Shown in pieces: positions 29,715 to 39,689 of a DNA stretch of 64,000 nt. This DNA is from an uncultured Gemella sp. (GTDB taxonomy: Bacteria; Bacillota; Bacilli; Staphylococcales; Gemellaceae): assembly GCA_900555985.1 (NCBI GenBank), contig USNF01000001.1:82524-146523 (forward strand), in the 5' to 3' direction. The notes beneath the pieces were generated by a model. It did no database searches. It had not been told where the DNA came from and saw only the letters and a list, made by a program, of their open reading frames with translations. A program made the position numbers and the translations under genes. Numbering within the stretch: position 1 is the stretch's first letter; each line of letters begins with the position of its first letter.

Positions 29715-32700
29715 CTATTCGTTTCTCCATTCTAAAATAATTTTTTTAGGTTTAGGTGAGTATGGTTTGCCACCATTATGTTTCTTATATTCTTCTGCTG
29801 CTTGCGGATTAGTTTTTAAATAATCATTCAATGGGTCAGAGATAATTTCTTCAATATGATAAGGAGAATTAATTGTGATTTTTCCTCTATACATATCTTT
29901 TGTATATGTAAATGTAGAAGCATCATTATCTCGTAAACCTAAGAATAATCCGTCAAGGTAAATTAGAATTTCATCATTTGTTTCTAAGATTGCTGGGTCT
30001 AATTCATTACCAGTAATATCAATCGAGAAACCATCATTAGTAGGAGGAACTTCTAAATATGTTTCTATTCTATCTAAATCTTGTTTTACTTCGATTAAAA
30101 TTTTATCTGTTTCTGAATGTTCCATAACACGCAAAGAACCATCTACATGATACATTGCCTCACCAAGTTCGTTACGAATCACTTCGTAAGGGAATGTGTC
30201 TTTGCCACCAACTATTTTTGTAAGTGAAGAGTTAAAAGAAATAGTATAGTTGTCAACAATTGTAAAAGCACTTTGCGGTTGTCTTACACCATCTATATAA
30301 ACTGATACACGACCAGGATAAAGAGATACTCTATCGTTAGGATTTGCATCAGGGACATCGGTTCGGTAAGTCTTATATACATTAATCGTATTTGGAACGA
30401 TATGTTTTTCGTCTAAAATAATACGTTTGCAATAAGACTCACTTGGAGCATCGACAGTTTCAATTACGTAAGTAACCATAGCTGGAGCTTGTACAGGAGA
30501 AGGTAAGCTAAAACCAAGTCCATCTGCGTTTTCATTAACGTAATATTGTCTAATGCCATCTATATAAACAGAAAGTAAGCCATAATTTGGCTCAAACTTA
30601 TCTGGAATTTTAAAACGACGATTGTCAGTAGTGTATTTGTTTTGACCACCATCTAAGAAAATATTTTTAATAATGAGTGGTTGACCTGAAAAAGCTGTAT
30701 ATTTAAAAGCATATACATCAAGTCTATCGGAAAATTCATCGAAATGAATATTATAATTAGCTAATTTGTCATTATTTAATAAGACAGATGTTCTGGCATT
30801 TTGATAGGAATGACAGAAACATTCTAACTCATCGATAATTAATTTATCTTTTGTATTAGCTGGGTCATATTTAATCCATCCAGAAGTATCTTTACCTTGA
30901 GGGTCTTCAGATGTAATCCAGATGTAATAATCACCGATAACATTGCCATTAACTACATCTTTAATAAAGAATTTAATTTCATTAGTATTGCCTTTTATTT
31001 CTTCTGGTTTACCATGTTGATAAATAGAAGTTTCGTTATTTAATAAAAAGCCATTTAAATATACTAATGTTTCGTTAAATTTGCCTGTAATCATAGCAGG
31101 CAATGCATTTGTATCACTAAAGAAACGATTGTATCTATCTTTAAGTAATGTGTATGTTTGCCCTTCATGGATGCCATTAATAGTTAAAGTACCAGCATTT
31201 TGATTACGAATAATGTCTTCGTTTTTAACTAGAATGCCATCAATGAAAGCGATAATAGTATCTGTTGGTTTAACATCTACATTATCATAAATAATAACAC
31301 CATCAGTTGGTACATGACCAGAACCATTTTTGACTCGCATAGTAAATGCTGGGTCTGATTCTTCACCTTGTAATTCGGCTACCGCCCAAACAGTATCTCG
31401 TGGACAATCTGGAATTGTATAATTTTTATTATTTTCAAATACTAATCCATCTTGTTGCGTAATCACTTCACCACCAATAAATAATAGTGGGTCTTTATAA
31501 TAATCACGAGATAATGTAATATGGCCCTTACGATTAATATCTACATCGTAAACATAACCAAATTCACGAATAACAGAATGGAATCCAGTTAATTCCATAC
31601 CTTGTGTACTATCTTGAATGGTAATTATTTTTTCTTGGTCATCTTCTGTATAAGTATTATCTTCTAAGTTATAGCCATTAATGAATACATTGTGTGGGGC
31701 TGCAAAATTAGGAACATAATAGGATGTTTCTTTTTTGCCATTCCATACATGCTTCATTTGACCAGTTGTTTTAAAAGAACCAAATTCAAAAGATACAATA
31801 AGAACATAATCAAAATTTTGAGAATATCCATGATTTAAGAATACGCCATCTCTGGTTTTTGTGTAACCGCCATCACCAATAATTTTTTCTGGCAATAGTA
31901 ATTCACCTAGAGGAGAATCTCCTTTAAAACCATAGAGTTCAAAATTTTGTTCATCGAACTTAATCTTAGTTGTATTTCTGTCGTCTCTGTCTATTTTAAC
32001 TAACCGTTTTTTGATATGTCGTAAACGATTAGAATTAACGTGGATGAGTGATGGACGTTGTTCATAAATTTTACTTTTCGGATATTGGATACAAACATTA
32101 GATACAGTTTGATAGGTAAAGTCTAATTTTCTATCTAAAAATACACGGTCGATATTAATATTAGGAACTAAGAATTGACTTAGTTTCGTATAATCTTCAT
32201 CTGTACTTTTAAATATATGACTAGCAAATGTTTCTGGAATAACGCCATCGACTGGACATACACCGTCTTGACAAGTATGACAGATGCCGCCATCCATACC
32301 ATTATTTACTTTTCCAACATCCCATGTATGACCATCACCGTGAAATTCAGAGCCAGCTGGAACATCAACTTTATTTTGTTTGTCTTCTTCGAGTTGAGTC
32401 TCGAAGTCATCTGCATTGTAATCCTTAATAACACTATTTCCAATGGAGTTTAATGGTGAAATTAATTTATGATTTTCAAACGCAGACATATCGAATTGGG
32501 AACCGTCCTGAATTAACGACCTAATTGGTTTCCACGTTGAACCATCGAAATACATTAGAATATCATTATTAATCCATAACTGACCTAATACTGGATTAGA
32601 GCTAGGATTAATATTTGTAATTTGGTCTGTGATTTGGAATTTTTCTGAGAAGAGATTTTCCCAAATCCCAGTATTTTTATGATATCGTTTTAATGCATTT

Positions 32701-32882
32701 TCTTTTAAATTTAACCATAAAGCGCCATCAATTTTAGCGTCAGGAGTACCTTTTTCTTCAGTAGGCGTATCTAGTAAATGGCGAATCGCTTCGTAATTTT
32801 TAGATAAATCCTCATTATAAAATAATTCAGATTGCCTACCTTTATTGAACTTCCTATCGTAAGGTAACGTCAAAAAGTACAC
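29715..32882 (-). CDS. Large virion structural (baseplate/tail) protein
   Basis: 1055 aa, GTG start. GALWLN and GQLWIN..YFDGSTWK motifs, repeated VY(I/L)(D/N)G modules. Confidence 0.6.
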   Translation of the reverse strand: MYFLTLPYDRKFNKGRQSELFYNEDLSKNYEAIRHLLDTPTEEKGTPDAKIDGALWLNLKENALKRYHKNTGIWENLFSEKFQITDQITNINPSSNPVLGQLWINNDILMYFDGSTWKPIRSLIQDGSQFDMSAFENHKLISPLNSIGNSVIKDYNADDFETQLEEDKQNKVDVPAGSEFHGDGHTWDVGKVNNGMDGGICHTCQDGVCPVDGVIPETFASHIFKSTDEDYTKLSQFLVPNINIDRVFLDRKLDFTYQTVSNVCIQYPKSKIYEQRPSLIHVNSNRLRHIKKRLVKIDRDDRNTTKIKFDEQNFELYGFKGDSPLGELLLPEKIIGDGGYTKTRDGVFLNHGYSQNFDYVLIVSFEFGSFKTTGQMKHVWNGKKETSYYVPNFAAPHNVFINGYNLEDNTYTEDDQEKIITIQDSTQGMELTGFHSVIREFGYVYDVDINRKGHITLSRDYYKDPLLFIGGEVITQQDGLVFENNKNYTIPDCPRDTVWAVAELQGEESDPAFTMRVKNGSGHVPTDGVIIYDNVDVKPTDTIIAFIDGILVKNEDIIRNQNAGTLTINGIHEGQTYTLLKDRYNRFFSDTNALPAMITGKFNETLVYLNGFLLNNETSIYQHGKPEEIKGNTNEIKFFIKDVVNGNVIGDYYIWITSEDPQGKDTSGWIKYDPANTKDKLIIDELECFCHSYQNARTSVLLNNDKLANYNIHFDEFSDRLDVYAFKYTAFSGQPLIIKNIFLDGGQNKYTTDNRRFKIPDKFEPNYGLLSVYIDGIRQYYVNENADGLGFSLPSPVQAPAMVTYVIETVDAPSESYCKRIILDEKHIVPNTINVYKTYRTDVPDANPNDRVSLYPGRVSVYIDGVRQPQSAFTIVDNYTISFNSSLTKIVGGKDTFPYEVIRNELGEAMYHVDGSLRVMEHSETDKILIEVKQDLDRIETYLEVPPTNDGFSIDITGNELDPAILETNDEILIYLDGLFLGLRDNDASTFTYTKDMYRGKITINSPYHIEEIISDPLNDYLKTNPQAAEEYKKHNGGKPYSPKPKKIILEWRNE

Positions 32883-32928
32883 CTACTTTCTTTATGCTTA
32901 AAACACTAGGAAAAGTTTGTTCAATGTA

Positions 32929-32936
32929 TATATTAC
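32929..32936 (-). promoter_or_regulatory. GTAATATA motif
   Basis: Between terminator and start 32882. Confidence 0.5.
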
Positions 32937-32943
32937 TATATTA

Positions 32944-32984
32944 TAAAAAATAATCCTAGTCATATTTTAAATAACTAGGATTAT
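32944..32984 (-). terminator. Intrinsic terminator closing the radical SAM cassette
   Basis: AATAATCCTAGT/ACTAGGATTATT stem with minus-strand T tract. Confidence 0.7.
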
Positions 32985-32986
32985 TT

Positions 32987-33895
32987 TTACTTTTTATCTA
33001 TATTAAAAAATTTGTGGAATTTTTCTATAATATAATTTTTAATATATTTCTTTTTCCAAAAATTAACGAAAGATTTTGCATATGTATGTTTGTTATCATT
33101 ACATAAAGAACATGGATATTCACAAGTAGGACGTTCATTTAGTAGCATAATCATGCGTAAATCTTTCAATTTTTCTTCCCATTGTGACCATAGTTTTGAA
33201 TTATTTTCGTTTACATCAATAAGACCATATGGATTTTCTCCATACCAGTCATTATTACAGATTAATAATGAGCCATCTGTATCAATCGATGTCGTAAAAA
33301 AAGGTTTGTGACAACATTCATTAGGAACGGTATCATCGCCGATATTAATATTCATAGACCTATTATTAAGTAAACCTATATTTTCTAGCGTATAGAATTT
33401 TCTAAATTCTTTATGAGTAAGATAACTATATATTTTTCTATTTCGTTTCGTATCTTCTACTGTATATTCAGAGAAAACAAATAATACATCTTTTGTTTTT
33501 TTATGTATTTCTCTTATAACATCTTCATTGTCGCCATTTGTTATAATTTGTATTTTAGCAGATGGGCAATACATTCTGATAATCTGACACATATAAGGTA
33601 GTTGTGGATTTTCTGTTGGTTCACCCATGCCATTAAAAACAAATACACCTTTAAAGTCTTTTCGATATCCTTCGATAGCTATACGAGAAATAACTCGATA
33701 ATCTAAAAATTGAGGTTTTGTTTTTAATATTTCTTCATTCTTTTTTTTATTAGATTGAGGACAAAACATACAGTGTCTTCCGCAAATTCTTGAAGCACAT
33801 ATATTGATTTGCATTAACGATGTATCTTTATTTAATTTATGAATAGAGTGAAGATATGCTTTTACTTTTTCTTTTTTTTGTTCAATAATTGTCAT
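32987..33895 (-). CDS. Radical SAM protein with SPASM/Twitch-like C-terminus
   Basis: CGRHCMFC, FNGMGEP, ITNG, CCHKPF..ICNND..CEYPCSLC. Confidence 0.85.
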   Translation of the reverse strand: MTIIEQKKEKVKAYLHSIHKLNKDTSLMQINICASRICGRHCMFCPQSNKKKNEEILKTKPQFLDYRVISRIAIEGYRKDFKGVFVFNGMGEPTENPQLPYMCQIIRMYCPSAKIQIITNGDNEDVIREIHKKTKDVLFVFSEYTVEDTKRNRKIYSYLTHKEFRKFYTLENIGLLNNRSMNINIGDDTVPNECCHKPFFTTSIDTDGSLLICNNDWYGENPYGLIDVNENNSKLWSQWEEKLKDLRMIMLLNERPTCEYPCSLCNDNKHTYAKSFVNFWKKKYIKNYIIEKFHKFFNIDKK

Positions 33896-33904
33896 ATAGA
33901 TAAC

Positions 33905-34789
33905 CTATTTATTGTTGATGCACTCTCTACATATATTAGGAATGATATTATTTAAATGTTGTTCTTTGAGTTCTTTTTTAGTAATCACTCTCATATCTTT
34001 AATATTACCTAAAATATGTTTATCTGTATGACCATAGCAACAAGTTCTGATATTTAAATTAGCATCTATATACAAACCTTTAAATAAAGACCAGCATGGC
34101 ATTTTATTTACTTTAGATTCTATTTCGCCAACGACGCCACCAATACCATTTTCATTAAAACCGCCTTGTGTTTGTAATGGAATATAATAGTGAAATATGT
34201 CTGGGAATAAATAATCCATAATTTTACTATGGGATTCTTTATTATATTTTGATTCATCAATAACAGTAGATAAAGCAAACTCAGTATTATGTCTTTTGCA
34301 TTCTGTATTTAGTAAATTAATATTATTAATAATATCTTGAATTGAAATATTTGTTTGTGTGATGTCTTTAATATCATTAGAATCTTCTAATAAATAATTA
34401 AAAGAAACTTTTAAAGAATCAATATAAGGAATGGCTTTTATAATATTGTCTGTACAAGTTCCATTAGTTGTTAAATAGGTAAAGTACCCAAGTTCTTTGA
34501 TTTGTTTATAATAGTCTGCGAGTTTAGGGTGTAATCCAGACTCGCCCATGTAGAATAGCCCTATTTCTTTTAAATCTGGATATAATTTTAAATAAGATAG
34601 TACTTGGTTAAATTCTGCATCTGTTAAAAAGTTTTGTCTTAGGTTATTTTGTTTCATTTCTTGTTGATAACAAAATTTACAATTAAATGTACAGGCTCCT
34701 GTTAGTTCAATTTTTGCTGTTGTAATTTTTGTGCCTAAATCTAAATTAGTATTATTAGAAATTAATTGTACTCTATCTTGAACTGTCAT
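33905..34789 (-). CDS. Radical SAM protein with SPASM/Twitch-like C-terminus
   Basis: ELTGACTFNCKFC, FYMGES, LTTNG, PCWSLF..TCC..LGNI..CREC. Confidence 0.88.
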   Translation of the reverse strand: MTVQDRVQLISNNTNLDLGTKITTAKIELTGACTFNCKFCYQQEMKQNNLRQNFLTDAEFNQVLSYLKLYPDLKEIGLFYMGESGLHPKLADYYKQIKELGYFTYLTTNGTCTDNIIKAIPYIDSLKVSFNYLLEDSNDIKDITQTNISIQDIINNINLLNTECKRHNTEFALSTVIDESKYNKESHSKIMDYLFPDIFHYYIPLQTQGGFNENGIGGVVGEIESKVNKMPCWSLFKGLYIDANLNIRTCCYGHTDKHILGNIKDMRVITKKELKEQHLNNIIPNICRECINNK

Positions 34790-34994
34790 TATGTATAGTA
34801 ACCTTCCATTCCGAAGTTAATGGCAATTTATTTTTAAAGCTTTTTTTAATGATTGCATCAGCTTCTTTGATTGTTTTATGTTTTAAAGGTTCAAATGTTT
34901 TTTGCAAATTTTCTTTTAATTTGTCTGCAATCATGTTAATATCAAAATCTTTTGGTTTATATTGTAATGTAATATGTATTTTATTTTCTTTCAT
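34773..34994 (-). CDS. Small hypothetical protein
   Basis: 73 aa, GGAG RBS. Confidence 0.5.
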   Translation of the reverse strand: MKENKIHITLQYKPKDFDINMIADKLKENLQKTFEPLKHKTIKEADAIIKKSFKNKLPLTSEWKVTIHNDSSR

Positions 34995-35010
34995 ATTATA
35001 TCTCCATATA

Positions 35011-35035
35011 GAAAAAGAGAGAATTAAATCTCTCT
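35011..35035 (-). terminator. Possible intrinsic terminator inside the radical SAM cassette
   Basis: AGAGAGA/TCTCTCT stem spanning the 35024 stop, followed by T tract on minus strand. Confidence 0.5.
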
Positions 35036-35953
35036 CGTTCTAATTTTATGAGCAAATTGTTTATAATAAGGACAACCTTTCGTCCAGTTTTCTTTCCAGC
35101 AAGATTTTTCACAAACATCAAAAAATTCACAAGTTAAACAAATGGCATGAGCTCTACATAAAATTCTTTTATTCATTGTTTCTTGATATGTATCTTTTGT
35201 AATATTTGCAAATCCATCGTATTCAGAAAATTGACTACAGGTTGTTATGTTACCAGATGGATGAATAGTTAATGAGGTAGAAGAACAATCTGGATACTCT
35301 TTATTTTCTTCTATGTCTTGTGTATTTAAAATATTTTCTACGCAACAATTAACAATAGAATCTTTAGATATTTTATAGAATGTTTCCATGAACTCTTCTT
35401 GTCGTTTGGTTAATGGTTGATGGCTAGAAGCGTCTCCACCATTATCTATAATCTTAGAAAAGAATACTTCATCAAAATGTAACATAGTTAATAATTTAAA
35501 AACTTTGTGTTCTATATTTTTCTTGGATAATAATTCTTTTGTCATACAAATATTTAATCGCAATGTTGCATTAGTATATTTGCGAACATACTCTACATTT
35601 CGTCTCCACAACAATAATTGTTTAATATTTCCGAAACGAATACCGATGTCAAAACTTGTTGTGATAATATCCATCTGTCTTAATACAGCAATGTCTAATA
35701 CTGTTAATGGCTTTGCTAAATTAGTAGTAATTCGCCAAAAACAATCTTGTCTATTTTTTGCGAGTTTATACATAGATTCTAAATCGCCAAGTAACGGTTC
35801 TCCTCCGAAAAAAGCTACGTTAGCGTATTTAGGTATCCATGTTTCTAATAATTGAAATGGATATGTAATGGGTTGTCCATTTTTATTAGCAGCGTCTAAA
35901 CAATGCTTACAAGATAAGTTACAAGCATTAGTAGTTTTGATTAGTATTTCCAT
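35024..35953 (-). CDS. Radical SAM/SPASM protein
   Basis: KTTNACNLSCKHC, FFGGEPLL, ITTNL, CLTCEFFDVCEKSC..GC. Confidence 0.88.
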   Translation of the reverse strand: MEILIKTTNACNLSCKHCLDAANKNGQPITYPFQLLETWIPKYANVAFFGGEPLLGDLESMYKLAKNRQDCFWRITTNLAKPLTVLDIAVLRQMDIITTSFDIGIRFGNIKQLLLWRRNVEYVRKYTNATLRLNICMTKELLSKKNIEHKVFKLLTMLHFDEVFFSKIIDNGGDASSHQPLTKRQEEFMETFYKISKDSIVNCCVENILNTQDIEENKEYPDCSSTSLTIHPSGNITTCSQFSEYDGFANITKDTYQETMNKRILCRAHAICLTCEFFDVCEKSCWKENWTKGCPYYKQFAHKIRTREI

Positions 35954-35956
35954 ATA

Positions 35957-36547
35957 TTATCTATGATGACAGTTACTATGACAACTAGAGTGACACAATC
36001 TTGTCGATAATTCTACAGGAGGTAATTGCTCCCATTTTTCATAAAATTTTTGCAATAAGTCTTTAAGTTGTTGAGCATTAGTTGATTGATTTTTTAATGC
36101 TACAAATTCTGGTTCTAAATCATTAACATAATTAGCTACACGATAATTATCGTTTAAACGAGCATATTGTGTATCTTCACCGGTTACTTCTACATGTTCA
36201 CCTTGTCCTTCTGGTTTTTTACGCATTTCAGTTTTAACATGAACACGACGAATAGAGGACCAAAAATAGGCAATACGTTTTACTTTATTATATAAAATTT
36301 CTGCATTCATTTTTTCGCCTGGTTGAATATCAGTAGCTGTGCTCATTTGAGGTAAACTGCTATTAATACCAAATGCTCTACGGATATCTCGTTCGAATTG
36401 TAATAATTGGTCAGTGGTATCTAAGTTACTAAATGGAACATTATCTGAATGCCATACAACTTTATTTTTAATTTTATTTGTTAATTGAGTATTAATGAAA
36501 TCTAACACTTCATCAATACGAGTAGGGAAGTTTGCTTGAAACGCCAT
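35957..36547 (-). CDS. 196-aa protein with C-terminal CHSSCHSNCHHR tail; candidate radical SAM substrate
   Basis: All three Cys of the protein lie in the last 12 residues with period 4. Flanked on both sides by rSAM genes. Confidence 0.6.
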   Translation of the reverse strand: MAFQANFPTRIDEVLDFINTQLTNKIKNKVVWHSDNVPFSNLDTTDQLLQFERDIRRAFGINSSLPQMSTATDIQPGEKMNAEILYNKVKRIAYFWSSIRRVHVKTEMRKKPEGQGEHVEVTGEDTQYARLNDNYRVANYVNDLEPEFVALKNQSTNAQQLKDLLQKFYEKWEQLPPVELSTRLCHSSCHSNCHHR

Positions 36548-37402
36548 TTATAAATCTCCGTTCTTTACTTTTAAAAAGGTATTTTTGGGGAATTTACAAA
36601 CCCCTTTGAATGTTTCGCAATCTCCGCCACAATATTGAAACAAATCACAAGTAAAACATTCTAAGTTAATTGGCTCTATGTTATCTCCAGAACAAGTGTT
36701 AGGACAACTTAATATTGACCCATCAGCATTAATAGTAATTAAATCTTTACTACATTCTGTATTATATACATATGTATCATATGTGATAGCATCTTTCATT
36801 CTTAAATATAATACATTTTTTTCTTTAGGAATTAATGTAAATAATTTAGCTATATATAAATCTATTATTTTATATATATTAGGATTAAATTCATTACCTA
36901 AAAAAGATACTCGTTCAATATCTATATATTTAGGATTTAATTCTTTAATAATATTTGCTAATTCTTTGGGAGATTGATTTAATTGTTCAATAGATATAGT
37001 AACAATTAATGTATAGTTTTTTAATAATTTTACTTGCTGTTTGAATATTTCAAAATCTTTTTGATTATAGAATCTATCTATACTATAAGAAGTAGCGGTG
37101 TTTCCATTACCTAATGTATGTATAATTTTTAATTGCTTTTCACCAATAGGTATTACCATATTTGATGTCATAGAATATTCTTTATTTGGATATTTTTTTA
37201 TAACATCTAATATTAAATCTGGATTCAATAATGGCTCGCCACCATGAAAAATAATGTAATCAGGATTGTACGTTTTTATGGCTTTATAAGCCACATCTTG
37301 AGTCATAAAAATAGGTTGTTGTGGCACATAACAAAAAGGACATTTCATATTGCAAGCTTCTGTAACTTTTAAGTACATAACTTGTTTTTTATTTGTTGAC
37401 AA
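36548..37402 (-). CDS. Radical SAM/SPASM protein
   Basis: VTEACNMKCPFC, FHGGEPLLN, TSYSIDRF, CFTCDLFQYCGGDC..VCKFPK. Confidence 0.88.
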   Translation of the reverse strand: MSTNKKQVMYLKVTEACNMKCPFCYVPQQPIFMTQDVAYKAIKTYNPDYIIFHGGEPLLNPDLILDVIKKYPNKEYSMTSNMVIPIGEKQLKIIHTLGNGNTATSYSIDRFYNQKDFEIFKQQVKLLKNYTLIVTISIEQLNQSPKELANIIKELNPKYIDIERVSFLGNEFNPNIYKIIDLYIAKLFTLIPKEKNVLYLRMKDAITYDTYVYNTECSKDLITINADGSILSCPNTCSGDNIEPINLECFTCDLFQYCGGDCETFKGVCKFPKNTFLKVKNGDL

Positions 37403-38168
37403 TTTTATATCCTCTTGCTTGTAGTTTGCGAGCCAATCTTGTATTAAATTTATAATAATTTACATTATTATATCCGAATTTACAATCTGGATTATTAACG
37501 TATTCTTCGATAGACATATCAAACAAATCAGTATTATAGTTTCTTTGTTTAAACGTATTGCGTATTTTTTTATAGCAATCTTTATTAAATAATTGTTTAG
37601 ATGTCATAATATCTGATTTAAGAAAATGAAAAGCTTCTGATATAATTCCGAATTCTTCATACTCTTTTCGTTGATAATTTCTAATTTCATTAATGATATC
37701 ACAAATTCTAAAGTAATGAAATTTTTCTTGGGCCCATTGTGCATCTAAGTGATTAATAGCAAATTCTGCTGGAAAGAGTTTAAAGTTTCTTTTTACTTTT
37801 GATTCATCACTATGTCCGTACCAATCTTCTGATTCTGGGTGAATAATTGCATTGGGAAATCCATAAGTATCTTCTGCATGACGTAAAGAGAAAATATTAT
37901 AATTAATAATGTCTCTATATTCATCATACGTTAATCCAAGAAGATGACAATATTCTTTTAAAAAAATATTCATGTCTTCTATTGGATATACGTTATATTG
38001 TCGGGTAGAAGATGTTAAATCTTTTAAGTATTCTTCGAAATCGATATGTTCAAAAATATTTTCTTTCCAATTTTCTGTTTGATGAATATTAAAAAAATCT
38101 TGTGTGATATAACTAAAATTACATGGGTTTTCTGTAATAAATGTCTTGTGCATGATATTAATAAACAT
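37389..38168 (-). CDS. Hypothetical protein in radical SAM cassette
   Basis: 259 aa, TAATG-coupled to upstream gene. Confidence 0.65.
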   Translation of the reverse strand: MFINIMHKTFITENPCNFSYITQDFFNIHQTENWKENIFEHIDFEEYLKDLTSSTRQYNVYPIEDMNIFLKEYCHLLGLTYDEYRDIINYNIFSLRHAEDTYGFPNAIIHPESEDWYGHSDESKVKRNFKLFPAEFAINHLDAQWAQEKFHYFRICDIINEIRNYQRKEYEEFGIISEAFHFLKSDIMTSKQLFNKDCYKKIRNTFKQRNYNTDLFDMSIEEYVNNPDCKFGYNNVNYYKFNTRLARKLQARGYKIVNK

Positions 38169-38827
38169 TATATTTTTACCTCTTGTAAATTACGAACAGC
38201 TACGCCTACAGGATTTTTTTCTGTCGTTAAAAAATACAACATAGAGTATCCTTTAATACATGGTTCAATAAATAATTTATTATATGTTAATTTATTTCTA
38301 GCAAATTCTAATAATACATATAAGTTCCAGAATTCTTCTTCTTTGCGGAGAGAAATAATATTAGTTCCGATACTATTTTCTTTTTCTTCTAATTTAAGAA
38401 TCGTATTATCGTATTCATCACCAGCAATCATAATGTCTGCTGCGAATTTTAAATTTACGAGAGTATCTAGTACTTCATGCAATAATTCAAAATTATTTTC
38501 AATAAATTCTTTATTCGCTGGATTTTTACTATTCATAATAATACTTTCCAAAGCATTAATAATAATTTTATTGAATACAGGAATAGATACTTGTCGATTT
38601 GTTGTTACATATTCCTTAATTAATTCTGTGATTAAAGTATCGTCTGCATCATCTAATATTAAATCACAATCCATTTTAGTATTAGCAATATAATTAATAA
38701 TTTGTTTAGCAGATAATTCAGTACAATCTTTTAAAATAATATCGAAATGATATAAATTAATCGTAGCATAATATTGTTCGATTTGTTCTGATGTTAATGG
38801 AAGTTTAGTTGTAATATTATTTTTCAT
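38168..38827 (-). CDS. Hypothetical protein in radical SAM cassette (start reassigned to 38827)
   Basis: GGAG RBS before ATG 38827 (MKNNITT..). Confidence 0.65.
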   Translation of the reverse strand: MKNNITTKLPLTSEQIEQYYATINLYHFDIILKDCTELSAKQIINYIANTKMDCDLILDDADDTLITELIKEYVTTNRQVSIPVFNKIIINALESIIMNSKNPANKEFIENNFELLHEVLDTLVNLKFAADIMIAGDEYDNTILKLEEKENSIGTNIISLRKEEEFWNLYVLLEFARNKLTYNKLFIEPCIKGYSMLYFLTTEKNPVGVAVRNLQEVKI

Positions 38828-39689
38828 CGAATTCTCCAGCGATAATACGTTTAAAACTTTCTTTAGGAAATGCACAAATATCTTGATACATTAAGCAGTC
38901 GCCACCACAATATTCTGTGATATCACATAGTAAACATTTTTTAAATCGAGTAGCGTATTTTTGACGTTCACACAAGTGGCCTACATTACCATCAGGTAAA
39001 ATAATTAGATGTTTTAAGCAAGAACCACAATAGACTGCTCTATGTTCTGTTTGTGTTAGTTTAGCCATTTTATAGAATTCATTAATACGAGTTGGTAAAT
39101 ATTTAGTAAGCTCACCAATATAAGCATCTACTTGTTCATAATATTCTTGATTTTTTGAAATTTCAGGATTACCTGGATAATCAAATAGTCTATCAAAAAT
39201 AACATTAGATGGACCAATGATATTAATTAAAATAGCTAATTCTTCGGCAGGTATTTTTAATTGGTCTTCTGTGATAGTCACAAGAAGTTCAAAATCTTTT
39301 TTATTTTTTAAAGCATGAACTTGTTCTAAAAAACGATTGAATAGATTATTATTAGAAAATCTATCTACGCTGTAAGAAGTTGTAACGAATTGGCATCGAT
39401 TTAATACTTCTTTTCGTTCTGCATCAAGAGGTACTGTCATATTAGTCATAATAGCATATTCTAATTCTGGGAATGTATTCATCACGTCAAGAATAACTTT
39501 GCTATTTAATAATGGTTCACCACCGAAAAATACGAGACGGTTAATTCTATTATAGTATTTTTTAACAGATGCGATAGCTGTTTCGCTATCCATCATATCA
39601 TCTGTATGTTCCTGGTAACAGAATGGACAACTCATATTACAAGAATTAGTAACGACTAATAACATATTTAAATCTTTTAATGCTGGCAT
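38817..39689 (-). CDS. Radical SAM/SPASM protein
   Basis: VTNSCNMSCPFC, FFGGEPLLN, TSYSVDRF, CLLCDITEYCGGDC..ICAFPK. Confidence 0.88.
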   Translation of the reverse strand: MPALKDLNMLLVVTNSCNMSCPFCYQEHTDDMMDSETAIASVKKYYNRINRLVFFGGEPLLNSKVILDVMNTFPELEYAIMTNMTVPLDAERKEVLNRCQFVTTSYSVDRFSNNNLFNRFLEQVHALKNKKDFELLVTITEDQLKIPAEELAILINIIGPSNVIFDRLFDYPGNPEISKNQEYYEQVDAYIGELTKYLPTRINEFYKMAKLTQTEHRAVYCGSCLKHLIILPDGNVGHLCERQKYATRFKKCLLCDITEYCGGDCLMYQDICAFPKESFKRIIAGEFDEK

